A stretch of 64,000 bases of DNA from Candidatus Multivoradales bacterium (GCA_965223155.1 CBDCVR010000014.1:160001-224000); one strand, 5' to 3'. Positions 10,953 to 22,736 are shown, counted from the stretch's first letter. A program made the numbers and translations. The notes: a model not told the origin generated them from the letters alone.

Positions 10953-11553
10953 AATGCTAGAAACTACTGACATCCCGAACAGTGCTCTTGGCGACCGGGA
11001 ATAATTTCGACTTCGGTGGCGTTCCGATATAAAGACCGCCAGACGAGGACGGCCTAGTATTGGGTTAGTCTGGGTGCTGGTCAGGAGGATATTCAAAGTG
11101 TCCGAAGTCATCGGTGCAAGCACCGGCGTTTTCGTCACCCTCCTCGTGAGGTCAAGGGGGTAAAAACGGGAAGGAGATTCCGGATCGCCAGTGCGCGAAA
11201 GGCGCAGTGGAGTTCGAAACCAAGCGCCCGAACACGACTCGTACCTCCTGTGCAGCAAATAGGGCTGGACATGAGCCCGACAAATTGAGGAAGTCCCCAC
11301 CTTGGAAGGCATGAGGCGAAACAAAGCGCCGCAGTTCTTTCGTAAAGGCCAAGAGGCCTAGGGGAATCGTGTTGAGGCCCTGAAGGACTCCCGCTAACAT
11401 GTTCAAGGCGGACCCTTCAGGGCCGATTGCTTTTCGTCGTAATTGTCGGTTCCTGATGAAACTGAATCGGCAGGCATCCTCTGTCCCCGCTCCTCGGAAG
11501 ATTGAAGGTGCGAATATGGGTCGCCCTCGTGACGGACTTGAGAGAGCCCCTCT

Positions 11554-12033
11554 TTAGAGATCCACATCAAAGCCCCACACCACCCGATTCCCGGGTGTGA
11601 GCCGTCGGCTGCGTGATGGCAGCCTAATGTTGGTGACCACCGTAGGGTTCACCGCAGTGACCTGCACCGTGCCTATGAGTTCCCAGTTCGAGATAGGTCC
11701 GCTCTGAGCAACCAAGTCAACGCGGACGCGGTGCTTGCCTGACCGCACTCCACGGATGCTTCCACCTACAAAGCATCGGCCGAAGAACGTTCCCTTGCAG
11801 TCGGTGGTTGTTTGGCGATAGTCGATTCGTCCGACGAACTGACCGTCGATGAAGAGGTCGAATCGAGGCTTGGTAGCTTTGCTGGATCGCATATCAACGA
11901 TGACGGCCAGTTGGTTCTGTGAGGTGGGCGTTCCGGTGGGCGGGTCAACCCTCGGCGCAGTGGGACTGTCGCTTCCCGAGCCGCATGCGCCGACCAGGAC
12001 AGCCACAACAGCGAGTAGAGCGGCTCGTGTCAT
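11554..12033 (-). CDS. Hypothetical lipoprotein
   Basis: MTRAALLAVVAVLVGAC lipobox followed by GSGSDSPTAP; GGAGG RBS upstream of the ATG at 12033. Confidence 0.7.
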   Translation of the reverse strand: MTRAALLAVVAVLVGACGSGSDSPTAPRVDPPTGTPTSQNQLAVIVDMRSSKATKPRFDLFIDGQFVGRIDYRQTTTDCKGTFFGRCFVGGSIRGVRSGKHRVRVDLVAQSGPISNWELIGTVQVTAVNPTVVTNIRLPSRSRRLTPGNRVVWGFDVDL

Positions 12034-12052
12034 GGGAGTTCCCCTCCAGAGA

Positions 12053-12120
12053 GAGGTTCCATCCTTTTCGCAAGAACTAATCAGTAGTTGACGTTTTCGA
12101 AAGGGGTGGGACCTACTTGG
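12053..12120. repeat. ~68-bp imperfect hairpin element, copy 1
   Basis: AGGTTCCATCCTTTTCG (12054-12070) pairs with CGAAAGGGGTGGGACCT (12098-12114); near-identical to 25509-25576. Confidence 0.85.
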
Positions 12121-12206
12121 CGTGGATTCTGTCGCCCGAAGTACTCGGATGTTCAATACGCGCCGGCGAACCGCGGTAAGGAAATCGGTTTCGATTGGAC
12201 TGATGG

Positions 12207-13806
12207 CGATGGCTCGGGCAACTTGAAATCCATCAGCGCCGACACCTACACCTACGATCAGTCCTCGCGCCTCCTCTCCGGCACCGCCGGCGGCGAGCGC
12301 CAGGACTACACCTACGACGCCTTCGGCAACATCACCCAGATCGCCCATACCGATGCCGGCGACACCCTGACCACCCGCTCCATCGGGGTCGTGCCCTCGA
12401 CCAACCGGTTGTCCGTCGCCACCTACGACGCGGCCGGCAACCTCACCTCCTGGGCCGGCAACACCTACACCTGGGACGCCCTGGGATCGCTGGTCCAGTT
12501 CAACGGCGGCCAGAACGGCGGCGGCACCTACCTCTACGACGTCGAAGACCGGCGGGTCGCCGTCTTGAAAAGCCCTGACAACACCGCGGCCGCGAAAGAC
12601 GAGACCTACATCGTCCGGAGCCCCGGTGGCCGGAACTTACGTGAGTTCCTCGTTACCGGGATCGATTCGCCTGCCACAAGATCGTGGTCGAAGGACTATG
12701 TCTTTGACGGCACCGTGTTAATCGGTTCAGTGCGCGCGGATGGCACAATCCGCCACTACCACAAGGACCATCTAGAGAGTCCTCGACTGATCACCGATGG
12801 AAGCGGCGCAGTCCTTGGAGCGCATCAGTATCTGCCCTACGGCGAGGAAGTCACGGATCCCAGTCAGAACGACGAGATCATGAAGTACACGATGCACCAG
12901 AGGGACGAGAACGGGCCGGGCACCGACGACGATCTCGACTACATGCTGGCGAGGTACTACTCCCCGCATCTGGGGCGGTTTCATTCTGTTGATCCAGAGA
13001 GGGGAGACTCGACGCGTTTGCAGACATTGAATCGCTATACTTATTCGATCTCAAACCCAATCGCATACGCTGACCCAGACGGACGTCTCGCGCTATACCT
13101 TGCGGGCGGCGTGGTAAGCAGCGACGCAAAAAGCGTCGGCCTCGACGAGCTTGAGAAATGCGGAACGATGAAGGGACTCGGACCGAGCAAGAAGCTCGCT
13201 CACGGTGATTGGGTAAACGGCGGGGCCTGGGTTGAGCAGGAGCTACAGGCCGACCCAAATCAGCCGGTAGTTATCGTTGGGCACAGTGAAGGAGCTCGCA
13301 AAGGCCTCGAACTCGTGCGGCAGCTTCACCAGAACGGTACGCGTGTCGATCTCTTCGTGTCCATTGACCCTCCGAACTTCGGTCAGGACAACCACGTGCC
13401 AGGGGGCATCCAGACTTGGAACTTCTATACAGGCGACTCGATCATGGGAATTCCGTTCGATGTCCAACTGCAAGGCAGCAACGTTCATAACATCGCTGTC
13501 GATGACATGGCCCATACCGATATCGATAGCGAAATTGTAGCTTTCGTCAACACCGCTGTGCGTCTCTCAGGCCTTGGGAATGGCGGCTCTAAGCAGGATC
13601 ACGAGGCGGAGCCTGACGCCTGTAAGACCGGAAATGGCTGGGGGTGGGGCGGTGCTGATCGATCGGGGCCCGGCGGCGGCAACGGTTCTCCCTTTGGTTA
13701 CGACTGGGAAAGCGCCTTTTGGTATCTCAGAGAGCTGGGCGGGTATGCAGGCTATTCCTATAGCGTTAGCGTCACGTCGCCGACCCACATCACATACGCG
13801 TTCTAG
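12207..13806 (+). CDS. Orphan Rhs cassette D: chimeric core + alpha/beta-hydrolase (lipase-like) toxin (13084-13806)
   Basis: Core from ~12207 (frame open from TTG 12088); NPIAYADPDG; CT VVIVGHSEGA nucleophile elbow, SIDP, MAHTDID. Confidence 0.85.
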
Positions 13807-13820
13807 GCTTTCGCTCCGGA

Positions 13821-14186
13821 ATGAGCCGTACCTCCCCTTTCCAACGACTACTCGGCAACCCGCTGGTCCTTGGACCACTTGCGGTGCATGTTCTCTGGTG
13901 GCTGATTGGAGGTTGGTGGTTCTGGCCACTACAGTTTGTTTTCTGTTTTCAGGGCTTCAGGCCGGGCAACGAAGTCAGCAACCTAATCGCATGGGGGTCG
14001 CTGGGGGTAGCCGCACTCACTTCGGTCATCCTTGGGTGGTTCATTGAAGAGCGTGCTCGGACCGCCGGAAGGGACTCGGCTGACTTGGTGATCTGGATTC
14101 TTCCGGTTTGGGCAGCTCCTCCACTCGTGATGGCGCTAGTCGTGTGCGGCTTTGCGTCCCTCATGGGCTGGGAGTGCGGCGTTTGA
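13821..14186 (+). CDS. Small membrane protein, putative immunity to toxin D
   Basis: About three hydrophobic segments; 14 bp after the toxin stop. Confidence 0.6.
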   Translation: MSRTSPFQRLLGNPLVLGPLAVHVLWWLIGGWWFWPLQFVFCFQGFRPGNEVSNLIAWGSLGVAALTSVILGWFIEERARTAGRDSADLVIWILPVWAAPPLVMALVVCGFASLMGWECGV

Positions 14187-14220
14187 CCCTTGGCGATCGC
14201 CAGGAAGCTCACGAACGTCT

Positions 14221-15284
14221 GCCGCCGGCAACCTCCTTGCATCCGTCAAGACCGATGGCGCAGGAGGGGAAGACATCCGGCACTACCACCGCGACCACCT
14301 GGGGAGCCCGCGCTTGATTACCGACGCATCAGGCTCCGAAGTGGGCCGGCGGACCTACCTCCCCTACGGCGAGATGGTCACCGACACCGCCTCCGACGAG
14401 ACCCACAAATACACCCTTCACGAGCGCGACGAAAACTTCGCCGGCACCGACGACGACTTGGACTACATGCTGGCCAGGTACTACTCCCCGCACCTGGGAA
14501 GATTCCTAAGCTGCGATCCGGAGAGGGGACGGGCGGAGCGGTTGCAGACGCTGAACCGGTATGCGTACGCGTGGGGAACCCGGTGAAGCATGTGGATCCG
14601 GATGGCCGAAAACCAAAGAAGGGCGATGCGAAAGGGAAGACTGCTGAGCCTGATGATCGCGTAGAGAATGGTGATTCGGGAAGCGTGGGGAACGACGGCC
14701 CGATCGATATCTTCTCCGACCATCTCGATGTAGTCGCAAGATACCATCCGCTCCATTTTTCAGGTTTCTGGGGCAACGATGGGCTGGATCAGGCCCTAGC
14801 CAAGATCCGTGATGCATTGGGGTTGCGACGAGGATCAGCGCCGAGGCTGGATCAACATAGACCTTTTGAGACCCTGGACGACCCGGAGGCGCTCAAGCAC
14901 GTAAAGTGTGCCGTAGGGCTGACGAATGAGGCGACCGCTAAAGGAGAGAGAAGAGAACATGGTTTCTACGTTGGACATCGGGGAGATTTTTCGAGCATAT
15001 TTGTCGCGCCAAACGGTGAAGTCCTGAACATGGGCAGCCGTTTCAGGCAAAGCTGGTCGTTCCATGTTCATCCCACGGACCCCAACCCCTCCAGGGAGGA
15101 TTACTACAACGGGGTCCCGAAGTTGATCGCGACCCCCGACGGGGTAGTTTTTGTGCCTGGCAATCGCGAAGGCAGCGACGGAAAACAAGATAGCAAGTCC
15201 TGGTCGGAATTGGGACTTTCCCCTGGCGATTTCTCGCAAGCTGACTGCGATGGCCTGGCAAGGGATAGCGCGTCAGGCTCATGA
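14221..15284 (+). pseudogene. Orphan Rhs cassette E, frameshifted core + JAB toxin (14607-15284)
   Basis: Core from 14221; G4 instead of G5 at 14573-14576 shifts the frame before NPVKHVDPDG; CT REHGFY...HVHPTDPNPSRED. Confidence 0.8.
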
Positions 15285-16354
15285 TGAAGGCTTACCTAGC
15301 TGCAGCTGTCATTGCAGGTTCCGTTCCGCTTTTCGCGAACGAACTCTGCAGTTCCCTGGGAGCGACGGAAGGTGCGACTTGGCTCGAGTTTTCTAGCCTG
15401 GAGACCGAAGACCGGAATCTGATAGTACGAACGTCCGGCGAGCTATTCTTGGGTCCGAGCTTTACGGCCTTGTGCCCTCCTGGCTATGGTCTCAGTCGGA
15501 GTCGACCTCCGCTGTTGTCTGATTGCTTCCAACTCAACATAGATTGGAGGAACATTGGGATTCCGGCTTCGGAGGGGGATCGGATCTTGCGGCAGTGGGC
15601 AGGGCACGAGGTGGAGGTCGCCGGTACCCTAGCAGTGACGCCGCTGTCCTGGATGGAGCGGATTCTGGGCCGGGAATACGTTGGCTCCATCCGGGATGTG
15701 TTTGGAATTCAGCTTCTTTCTGCTCCCCCGGCTGCTGCGTACTGCATTGGGGTCTCGGTACCAAGCGTCTCAAGCGCGTGGGAGGAGCGATCGCTGCCGA
15801 TTGGAAGCGATAGACCATTGTGCTCTCTAGCCCGAGCAAATCGCGGCCCTGAAGAAGGCTACTGCATAGACCTGGCAAGGCCAATCGTCTGGCGAATCGA
15901 CAGTCTACTGGGGTTCGAGAACCAGGCGACGGACAGTCCCTCGACAAAGCTCCCCTTCGCTGTGCCAAGGCCGTTCTCGCCTCGAGATGTCGTCGAGCTA
16001 TCAGTAGCCGACGAGAACTACTTTTTCTTTACGCTTCACACGGGCGATCTGTTCTCCTTTGACGGTTCGTCTGTCCAGTTCGTTCGGAGTAGGTTTGTGG
16101 ACCTGCTGACCTACGACCGTGACGAGTGGATATACTACCGGGTCCGCGACATGAGCCCGATGCGGACCGTGGTGAGTAACTCGATCGAACGAGTTAATGC
16201 CACGGGTCTCGCGGAAACGGTATGGTCTTCCGATACCGATGAAGTGATCTTTTTTCGACTTCGAGAATCGAAAGAGTTGGAGTTGTCTTTGATAACAAGT
16301 TCTGGGCGCTGGATCGGCCCAATTTCAGAACGAGGTCGGAGACAAGAACGGTAG
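15281..16354 (+). CDS. Putative exported immunity protein
   Basis: ATGA overlap with the toxin stop; signal peptide; LC...C..L, RQWAGHEVEVAG and PRPFSPRDV are shared with 385/5668. Confidence 0.7.
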   Translation: MMKAYLAAAVIAGSVPLFANELCSSLGATEGATWLEFSSLETEDRNLIVRTSGELFLGPSFTALCPPGYGLSRSRPPLLSDCFQLNIDWRNIGIPASEGDRILRQWAGHEVEVAGTLAVTPLSWMERILGREYVGSIRDVFGIQLLSAPPAAAYCIGVSVPSVSSAWEERSLPIGSDRPLCSLARANRGPEEGYCIDLARPIVWRIDSLLGFENQATDSPSTKLPFAVPRPFSPRDVVELSVADENYFFFTLHTGDLFSFDGSSVQFVRSRFVDLLTYDRDEWIYYRVRDMSPMRTVVSNSIERVNATGLAETVWSSDTDEVIFFRLRESKELELSLITSSGRWIGPISERGRRQER

Positions 16355-16370
16355 GTCATCACTCGCATCC

Positions 16371-19236
16371 CTACACCAACGCCGCCGCGGGCTCACCGGC
16401 GACCCAGACCACGGTCCAGTACGCCGCGGACGGCACCACCGAGCTCAAGCGCTCCGAGGGCTGGTTCGACGACTTCGGCCGCGCCTGGCGAGAGCGCAAG
16501 ATGGTGCCCGACCACGGCTGGGTGGAGCGCGAGACCCTGTACGACGCCTCGGGAGCGGTGTTTTCGGTCTCGGCCTGGGGAGACTTCACCAAAGTCACCC
16601 AGACCCTCGCCCGGGACGCCTTCGGCCGACCGACCCATGTCCGGCCGCCCGAGGGCTCGGCGCATGACGTCTTCTACACCTACATGGGTGACCGCCGCCA
16701 AGAGGCGACGACCTACGTGGCGACCTCGGAGACGGCGGAAAGCCAGGTCGGACGCAGGGTCATCCGGGACTCGTTCGGACGGCTGGACAACGTTCGAGAC
16801 CTGGGCCTCATTAGCGGCTTGAACCAGATCACGTACTACCGGTACAACGGCAGCGGCACGCTGGGCAAGCTTCATTCGAAGGCAGCCGATACGAACGTCC
16901 TCCAGGCGCGGGAGTTCATCTATGACCACCGGGGCTTCTTGCTGCGCGAGAAACATCCCGAGAAAGGCCCGTCTGGCAACGGCTCGGTCTTCTACTACGA
17001 CTACGATCCCTCGGGCAAACCCGGCCGTATGGTCGATGGCCCGAATCATCTCGGCTATAGCTACGACTCTCTGGGGCGGGTACTCGCCGTCGTCGACAAG
17101 AACAACGCCGACCGGCCCTTGAAAGAGTACGTCTACGACACGGCCCCGGGCCGCGGCGCCGGCAAGCTCGCCCAAGCCACCCGGCACAACTACGTCACCC
17201 TCCCCTGGGACGCGGCCGAGACCGACGCCTGGGTTACCGACCTCTACGACTACTCCGGCACCGCCGGAGCGCCGTCGGCCAAGACCACGAGCTTCGCCCG
17301 AGGTCCCTATCAATACACCTCGGCCTTCACCTACACCGACGGCGGCGCCATTGCTTCCGTGACCTACCCCACCTGTGACGCGGGCTTTGCCTGCCCGGGC
17401 ACTCCCGAGCCCGCCCGCACCGTCTCCTACACCTACGAACAGGGCCTTCTGCGCCAGGTTCCAGGCTGGACCAACACCATCACCTACCATCCCTCGGGCG
17501 CCTGGAACCAGATGCCCCGGGTCAACACCGTCACCGACGGCCGCGACTCCGACCCGGCTTCACCCGATCGCTTGAACCGCTTCCACGCCTCCTCGCCCTC
17601 CACCGGAGCCTCCTGGGACTCCGGGCCCATGGCCTACGACGGCTCCGGTAACTTGAAATCCATCGGCGCCGACAAGTACACCTACGATCAATCCTCGCGG
17701 CTCCTCTCCGGCACCGCCGGCGGCGAGCGCCAGGACTACACCTACGACGCCTTCGGCAACATCACCCAGATCGCCCACACCGATGGTGGTGGTGGAGTCA
17801 CCACCCGCTCCATCGGGGTCGTGCCCTCGACCAACCGGTTGTCCGTCGCCACCTACGACGCGGCCGGCAACCTCACCTCCTGGGCCGGCAACACCTACAC
17901 CTGGGACGCCCTGGGGTCGCTGGTCCAGTTCAACGGCGGCCAGAACGGCGGCGGCACCTACCTCTACGACGTCGAAGACCGGCGGGTGGCGGTCTTGAAA
18001 AGCCCTGACAACACCGAGGCCGCCAAAGACGAGACCTACATCGTCCGGAGCCTGGCCGGCCAGACCCTGCGCGAGTTCACCGTGACCGGACTCGACAGCC
18101 CGGCCACCCGGGCCTGGCAGAAGGACTACCTCTACGCCGCCGGCAACCTCCTTGCATCCGTCAAGACCGATGGCGCAGGAGGCGAAGACATCCGGCACTA
18201 CCACCGCGACCACCTGGGGAGCCCGCGCTTGATCACCGACGCATCAGGCTCCGAAGTGGGCCGGCGGACCTACCTCCCCTACGGCGAGATGGTCACCGAC
18301 ACCGCCTCCGACGAGACCCACAAATACACCCTCCACGAGCGCGACGAGAACTTCGCCGGCACCGACGACGACCTCGACTACATGCTCGCTCGCTACTACT
18401 CCCCGCATCTCGGGCGGTTCCTAAGCTGCGACCCGGAAAGGGGACGGGCGGAGCGGTTGCAGACGCTGAACCGGTATGCCTATGTTTCCGGCAATCCTCT
18501 TTCACGAATAGATCCGACGGGAAGTTGCGAGGTGATTCTAGACGATCGTGGGGATTTCGTCGGCCTAGAAGGTAAGGACTGTCCGCAGATTGATGGATCA
18601 ATCAAAGTGACAGACGAACCCGATCTGCTTCCGGAATTACCCAGGGGCGGGACTACACTGCCCGGAAGTGATGGTAGATCGGTTGACTCCTGTTCCGATC
18701 CATTCAGATACGACTACCTTCGGTGCCGTGAGGCTGGGGATTATCGCGATTTTCGCGTAAGAGACGAGGAGTTCGACAATGAACAGAAGAACTGGGGTGC
18801 GATGACTCAAAAGCAAGCTGCTCACATCTTGGATCGAGACCAGAAAGCGCTGTGCAAGTTTCAGACGATGGCCAACAGCTCCAGTACTGAAGTGGCTCTT
18901 GCAATGGAACATCGTGGCTTCATAAACGGTGTAGCCGCAACGTCTCCTCACTTTTTTGACAGCAATAATGCGAGGGCTACCAGAGGATCCATCGAGTACG
19001 ATCTGCCCGCCGGCAGACGTTGGGCGTATGAGATCCATTCCCACCTAACTGGGAGTAACTCACCATCCGACGCCGACTGGGAAGGCTCTTGGGACATGCA
19101 GGCAGTAGGGTTCCTCTATGATGTATCAGAACGAGAGTGGTTCGCATACCAGGCGATTCGACCGAACCCGAGTGGTCGCTCGTCCCTGCCTGCCGGTTTT
19201 CAAGCGTCGCTGGGTGCTTTCGATCCGTGCGGGTGA
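16371..19236 (+). CDS. Orphan Rhs cassette F: longest core fragment + JAMM toxin (18523-19236)
   Basis: YD-repeat frame open from ~16372 (ATG at 16501); NPLSRIDPTG; CT TEVAL...HSHLTGSNSPSDAD = HxH-x7-S-x2-D. Confidence 0.88.
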
Positions 19237-20738
19237 GCCAAGTGCATCGAACCGTGGCTCGGGATGGCCTCGACATCACTGCGGCATCCTCAGCCGTTGT
19301 ACTGTGTGTTCTTGTCTGCCTGATCGAAATAGCGATTTCTCAATCGGTCGCAGGGCAGCAGCTCGAGTGGCCGGGCTCGTGTCGGTCCGACGAAGATCCC
19401 TGCAGCGCCATGGCGCTGTCGGCTTCCTTCCAGGCCAAGGAGGGGCGGCTGTCGGTGTGCGTCGATGGTCAGGGTCGACCCATTCTCTGGAAGGAACGCA
19501 AACCCAGACGGTATGGCTGCCAGGAGCTAGGGTGGCACGGGACGAAGCTCCCAATGCCACCAGGGCGATCGTCCGACGACCTCATTCAAATCGAAGCACT
19601 TGCTTCCGAGAATGCCGGCCTGGTGCTCTTGCTTTTCCGCGATGGAAGCCTGTTCTCTTGGGACTGGAGTGCTCCGGATTTGTCTCTGCTGGAATCGACA
19701 GGTGTCCGTGAGTTGTTTCGGCGTCCCGGTCTCGTCTTCTATTCTCAGAGCAGCGTCGAAGAGAGTGTTTCGGCGGAGTCTCTCTACTCCATATCCGGAG
19801 CCGGTCAAAAGCGGCAGGTCTGGAGCTTCGAAGGGCGGCATCTCGCGCATGTCTTCTTGAATCCAAATGGAGAAGGAATCGGGGTGCTTACCGAGTTCAA
19901 GGAGCACGAAGAAGAGTGGCTGGTCGATGACTCCGGCGCCAGGTTGGTGCAAGCACGCCGCCGAAACTGGGAGCTTCCCTTGGAAGCCTGGGAGCCGGTC
20001 GAACGACCTACCCTTGATCCAGGGGAAGTCCCAGGCTGGCTCCTCGGTCAGTGGTCGCTCCGGGAAGAGAACGATCACATCGTAGCCGCAAGCCCAAAGC
20101 CGGAGAGGCGTGGAGACGAAGTGCCCTTCTGGGTACCGCTGCGGCGAGGCCGGGAGGGTGAACGAATCGCCCTCAGGGTCGACAACGGATTCCTCCTCGG
20201 CTTCGATATGGGCGAATGGGGAGGAGGACTGTGGTTCTTCGACCCTGCCGGAAAGCAGTCCTACCCACTCTTTGCCGACAGCGATCCTGTGAACGATCTT
20301 CTGGATCTAGGTCACGAAGTTGTTGCGGTCTCCAGAGGTGCAAGCCGAGTTCGCTTTGAAGGTCAGGTACGGCTCGCTCCGTGTCTCTGGCGCCTTCACA
20401 AGGCCGGCGATCGTTGGGAGGTTCGGGAAACCCTGAAATGCGACGGCGTCTACGCGTCTTCCGTCCAGAACGATGGATCCCTTCTATTCGCCTCGCCGAC
20501 TGCGTTACATCGCTATCGGGACGGTGGGATCGAACGCCTGCATGAATTCAGAGGCTCGATTGCGCCGATTTCGATGCTGGCGAGGTCTGAAACCGAGATC
20601 TGGCTGGGGCTTGTCAACGCTGTCGTTCGACTCGACAGGAGCGGTACCGACTGGTCAGAGCAGTGGTTTGCCCCACCACGTGATCCTGATCCGGACTCTG
20701 AGCGTTGTCGAGAGCCCCGAGAAACTTACGAGGACTAG
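19233..20738 (+). CDS. Putative exported immunity protein (beta-propeller-like)
   Basis: GTGA overlap with the toxin stop; hydrophobic leader; paralog of 26219-27724 (GFLxGF..G..GGGLW, WxGLVNxVVRL, WSEQW). Confidence 0.7.
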   Translation: MSQVHRTVARDGLDITAASSAVVLCVLVCLIEIAISQSVAGQQLEWPGSCRSDEDPCSAMALSASFQAKEGRLSVCVDGQGRPILWKERKPRRYGCQELGWHGTKLPMPPGRSSDDLIQIEALASENAGLVLLLFRDGSLFSWDWSAPDLSLLESTGVRELFRRPGLVFYSQSSVEESVSAESLYSISGAGQKRQVWSFEGRHLAHVFLNPNGEGIGVLTEFKEHEEEWLVDDSGARLVQARRRNWELPLEAWEPVERPTLDPGEVPGWLLGQWSLREENDHIVAASPKPERRGDEVPFWVPLRRGREGERIALRVDNGFLLGFDMGEWGGGLWFFDPAGKQSYPLFADSDPVNDLLDLGHEVVAVSRGASRVRFEGQVRLAPCLWRLHKAGDRWEVRETLKCDGVYASSVQNDGSLLFASPTALHRYRDGGIERLHEFRGSIAPISMLARSETEIWLGLVNAVVRLDRSGTDWSEQWFAPPRDPDPDSERCREPRETYED

Positions 20739-20873
20739 AAGGCGTCGAAGGGCAGGCGCGACCATGCGGACGACCCCCGTGTTCGTCAACAGCGCGATGC
20801 ATCTGGGTAGCGGTTTGGAGCCTTGACCATTGATGCCCAAGCCTTCGAATTTCACACCACGAGCACCGCGACC

Positions 20874-22736
20874 TCGTCGACAAGAACAACGCCGACCGGC
20901 CCTTGAAGGAGTACGTCTACGACACCGCTTCGGGCCGCGGCGCGGGCAAGCTCGCCCAAGCCACCCGGCACAACTACGTCACCCTCCCCTGGAACGCGAC
21001 CGAGACGGACGCCTGGGTGACCGACCTCTACGACTACTCCGGCACCGCCGGAGCGCCCTCGGCCAAGACCACGAGCTTCGCCCGAGGTCCCTATCAATAC
21101 ACCTCGGCGTACGCCTACACCGACGGCGGCGCCATCGGCTCGGTGACCTACCCCACTTGTGACGCAGGCTTTGCCTGCCCGGGCACTCCCGAGCCCGCCC
21201 GCACCGTCTCCTACACCTACGAACAGGGCCTTCTGCGCCAGGTTCCAGGCTGGACCAACACCATCACCTACCATCCCTCGGGCGCCTGGAACCAGATGCC
21301 CCGGGTCAACACCGTCACCGACGGCCGCGACTCCGACCCGGCCTCGCCCGACCGTCTCAACCGTTTCCACGCCTCCTCCCCCTCCACCGGAGCCTCCTGG
21401 GACTCCGGGACCATGGCCTACGACGGCTCCGGCAACTTGAAATCCATCGGCGCCGACAAGTACACCTACGACCAGTCCTCGCGGCTTCTGTCCGGCACCG
21501 CCGGCGGCGAGCGCCAGGACTACACCTACGACGCCTTCGGCAACATCACCCAGATCGCCCACACCGATGGTGGCGGTGGAGTAACCACCCGTTCGATCGG
21601 AGTCGTGCCCTCGACCAACCGGCTGTCCGTCGCCACCTACGACGCCGCCGGCAACCTCACCTCCTGGGCCGGCAACACCTACACCTGGGACGCCCTGGGG
21701 TCGCTGGTCCAGTTCAACGGCGGCCAGAACGGCGGCGGCACCTACCTCTACGACGTCGAAGACCGGCGGGTGGCGGTCTTGAAGAGCCCTGACAACACCG
21801 AGGCCGCCAAAAGACGAGACCCACAAATACACCCTCCACGAGCGCAACGAGAACTTCGCCGGCTCCGACGACGACTTGGACTACATGCTGGCCAGGTACT
21901 ACTCCCCGCACCTGGGGAGGTTCCTCAGCTGCGACCCGGAAAGGGGACGGGCGGAGCGGTTGCAGACGCTGAACCGGTACGCCTACGCGTGGGGGAACCC
22001 GGTGCGGTACAACGATCCCGATGGGAGGGATCCGGACGATCCCGAGGACGACTCCGGGGATGATTCCGGAGACGGTGACCTTCCCGATGCGGACGACTGC
22101 GCGGACAACCCCAAGCTGTGCGCGACCATTAAGGACAAGACAGACGCTACCGATGATTCACCGATACCGGCCTACTGCTCGATTGCTCAGAATAGAAATA
22201 CTCTCTTCTGCCGGTACCTAAGTCAGAACTTTCAGACAACCCCACCTCACGGCCCTGCGGCTTACAAGCCGACTTTTGCGAACGGCCTACGGACGGCATT
22301 CGACAGTCTGACCGGTCCTGACACCGTCAGCTACCTAAGGTGCGGCCTCACCAAGGCCACCAGCACTGGACTCGAATTCGGTGGCCACCTTGTCCGCAAT
22401 TCGTTTGGTGATCTAGCTCGTCGGATGACAGGCAACCAGGGTTCAAGACACGTGTCTATTGGCCCTGCCCCACCCGGAGCCGTCTTTGGATGGCATACGC
22501 AACCCGATGGTACTCACCTGGGCCCAGGAGATACAGCTGCCTTGTCAAGCGGTGATCAGCGCGGTATCCCACATATCATCCTCGACTCAAGACGGGGATC
22601 TGGTGGCCAGTTCACCGTCTATGTGCCAATAGAGGGAAGCAAGCCTCGAGCGGTCTTCTCGTCTCGTCTAAACAAGCTGCCCGGCTGGACAGGTAGCAAC
22701 GGAAACTGTGATTACGAGGGAGCGGCCAACTATTGA
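20874..22736 (+). pseudogene. Orphan Rhs cassette G with internal core deletion/frameshift + JAB-like toxin (22026-22736)
   Basis: Core 20874-21812 joined at GACGAGACC to the HKYTLHER part, plus an extra A; NPVRYNDPDG; CT LEFGG...WHTQP...GPGD. Confidence 0.8.

Noticed and set aside
12053-12120. Hairpin element as an integron attC site or intrinsic terminator
   Set aside because: It lacks RYYYAAC/GTTRRRY ends, no integrase is present in the window, and there is no U-tract after the stem. Kept as an unclassified element.
12088-12120. TTGACG in the hairpin as a sigma70 -35 box
   Set aside because: No credible -10 hexamer at 16-18 bp spacing.
14573-14576. G4 vs G5 run as programmed phase variation
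   Set aside because: The run is too short, the cassette has no start codon, and a homopolymer sequencing error cannot be excluded.
16393-17490. Long antisense ORFs over Rhs cores and GC-rich genes (e.g. 16393-17490, 20852-21847, 50713-52827, 59657-61585)
   Set aside because: Shadow frames caused by high-GC codon bias opposite well-supported genes.
20739-20873. Possible gene fragment between immunity gene and cassette G
   Set aside because: Too short, with no motif I can recognise.
1481-22025. Diversity-generating retroelement or CRISPR-like explanation for the long near-identical repeats
   Set aside because: The repeats are protein-coding Rhs core copies differing mainly at synonymous sites. 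There is no reverse transcriptase, no adenine-specific variation that I could see, no regular repeat-spacer period and no cas genes.
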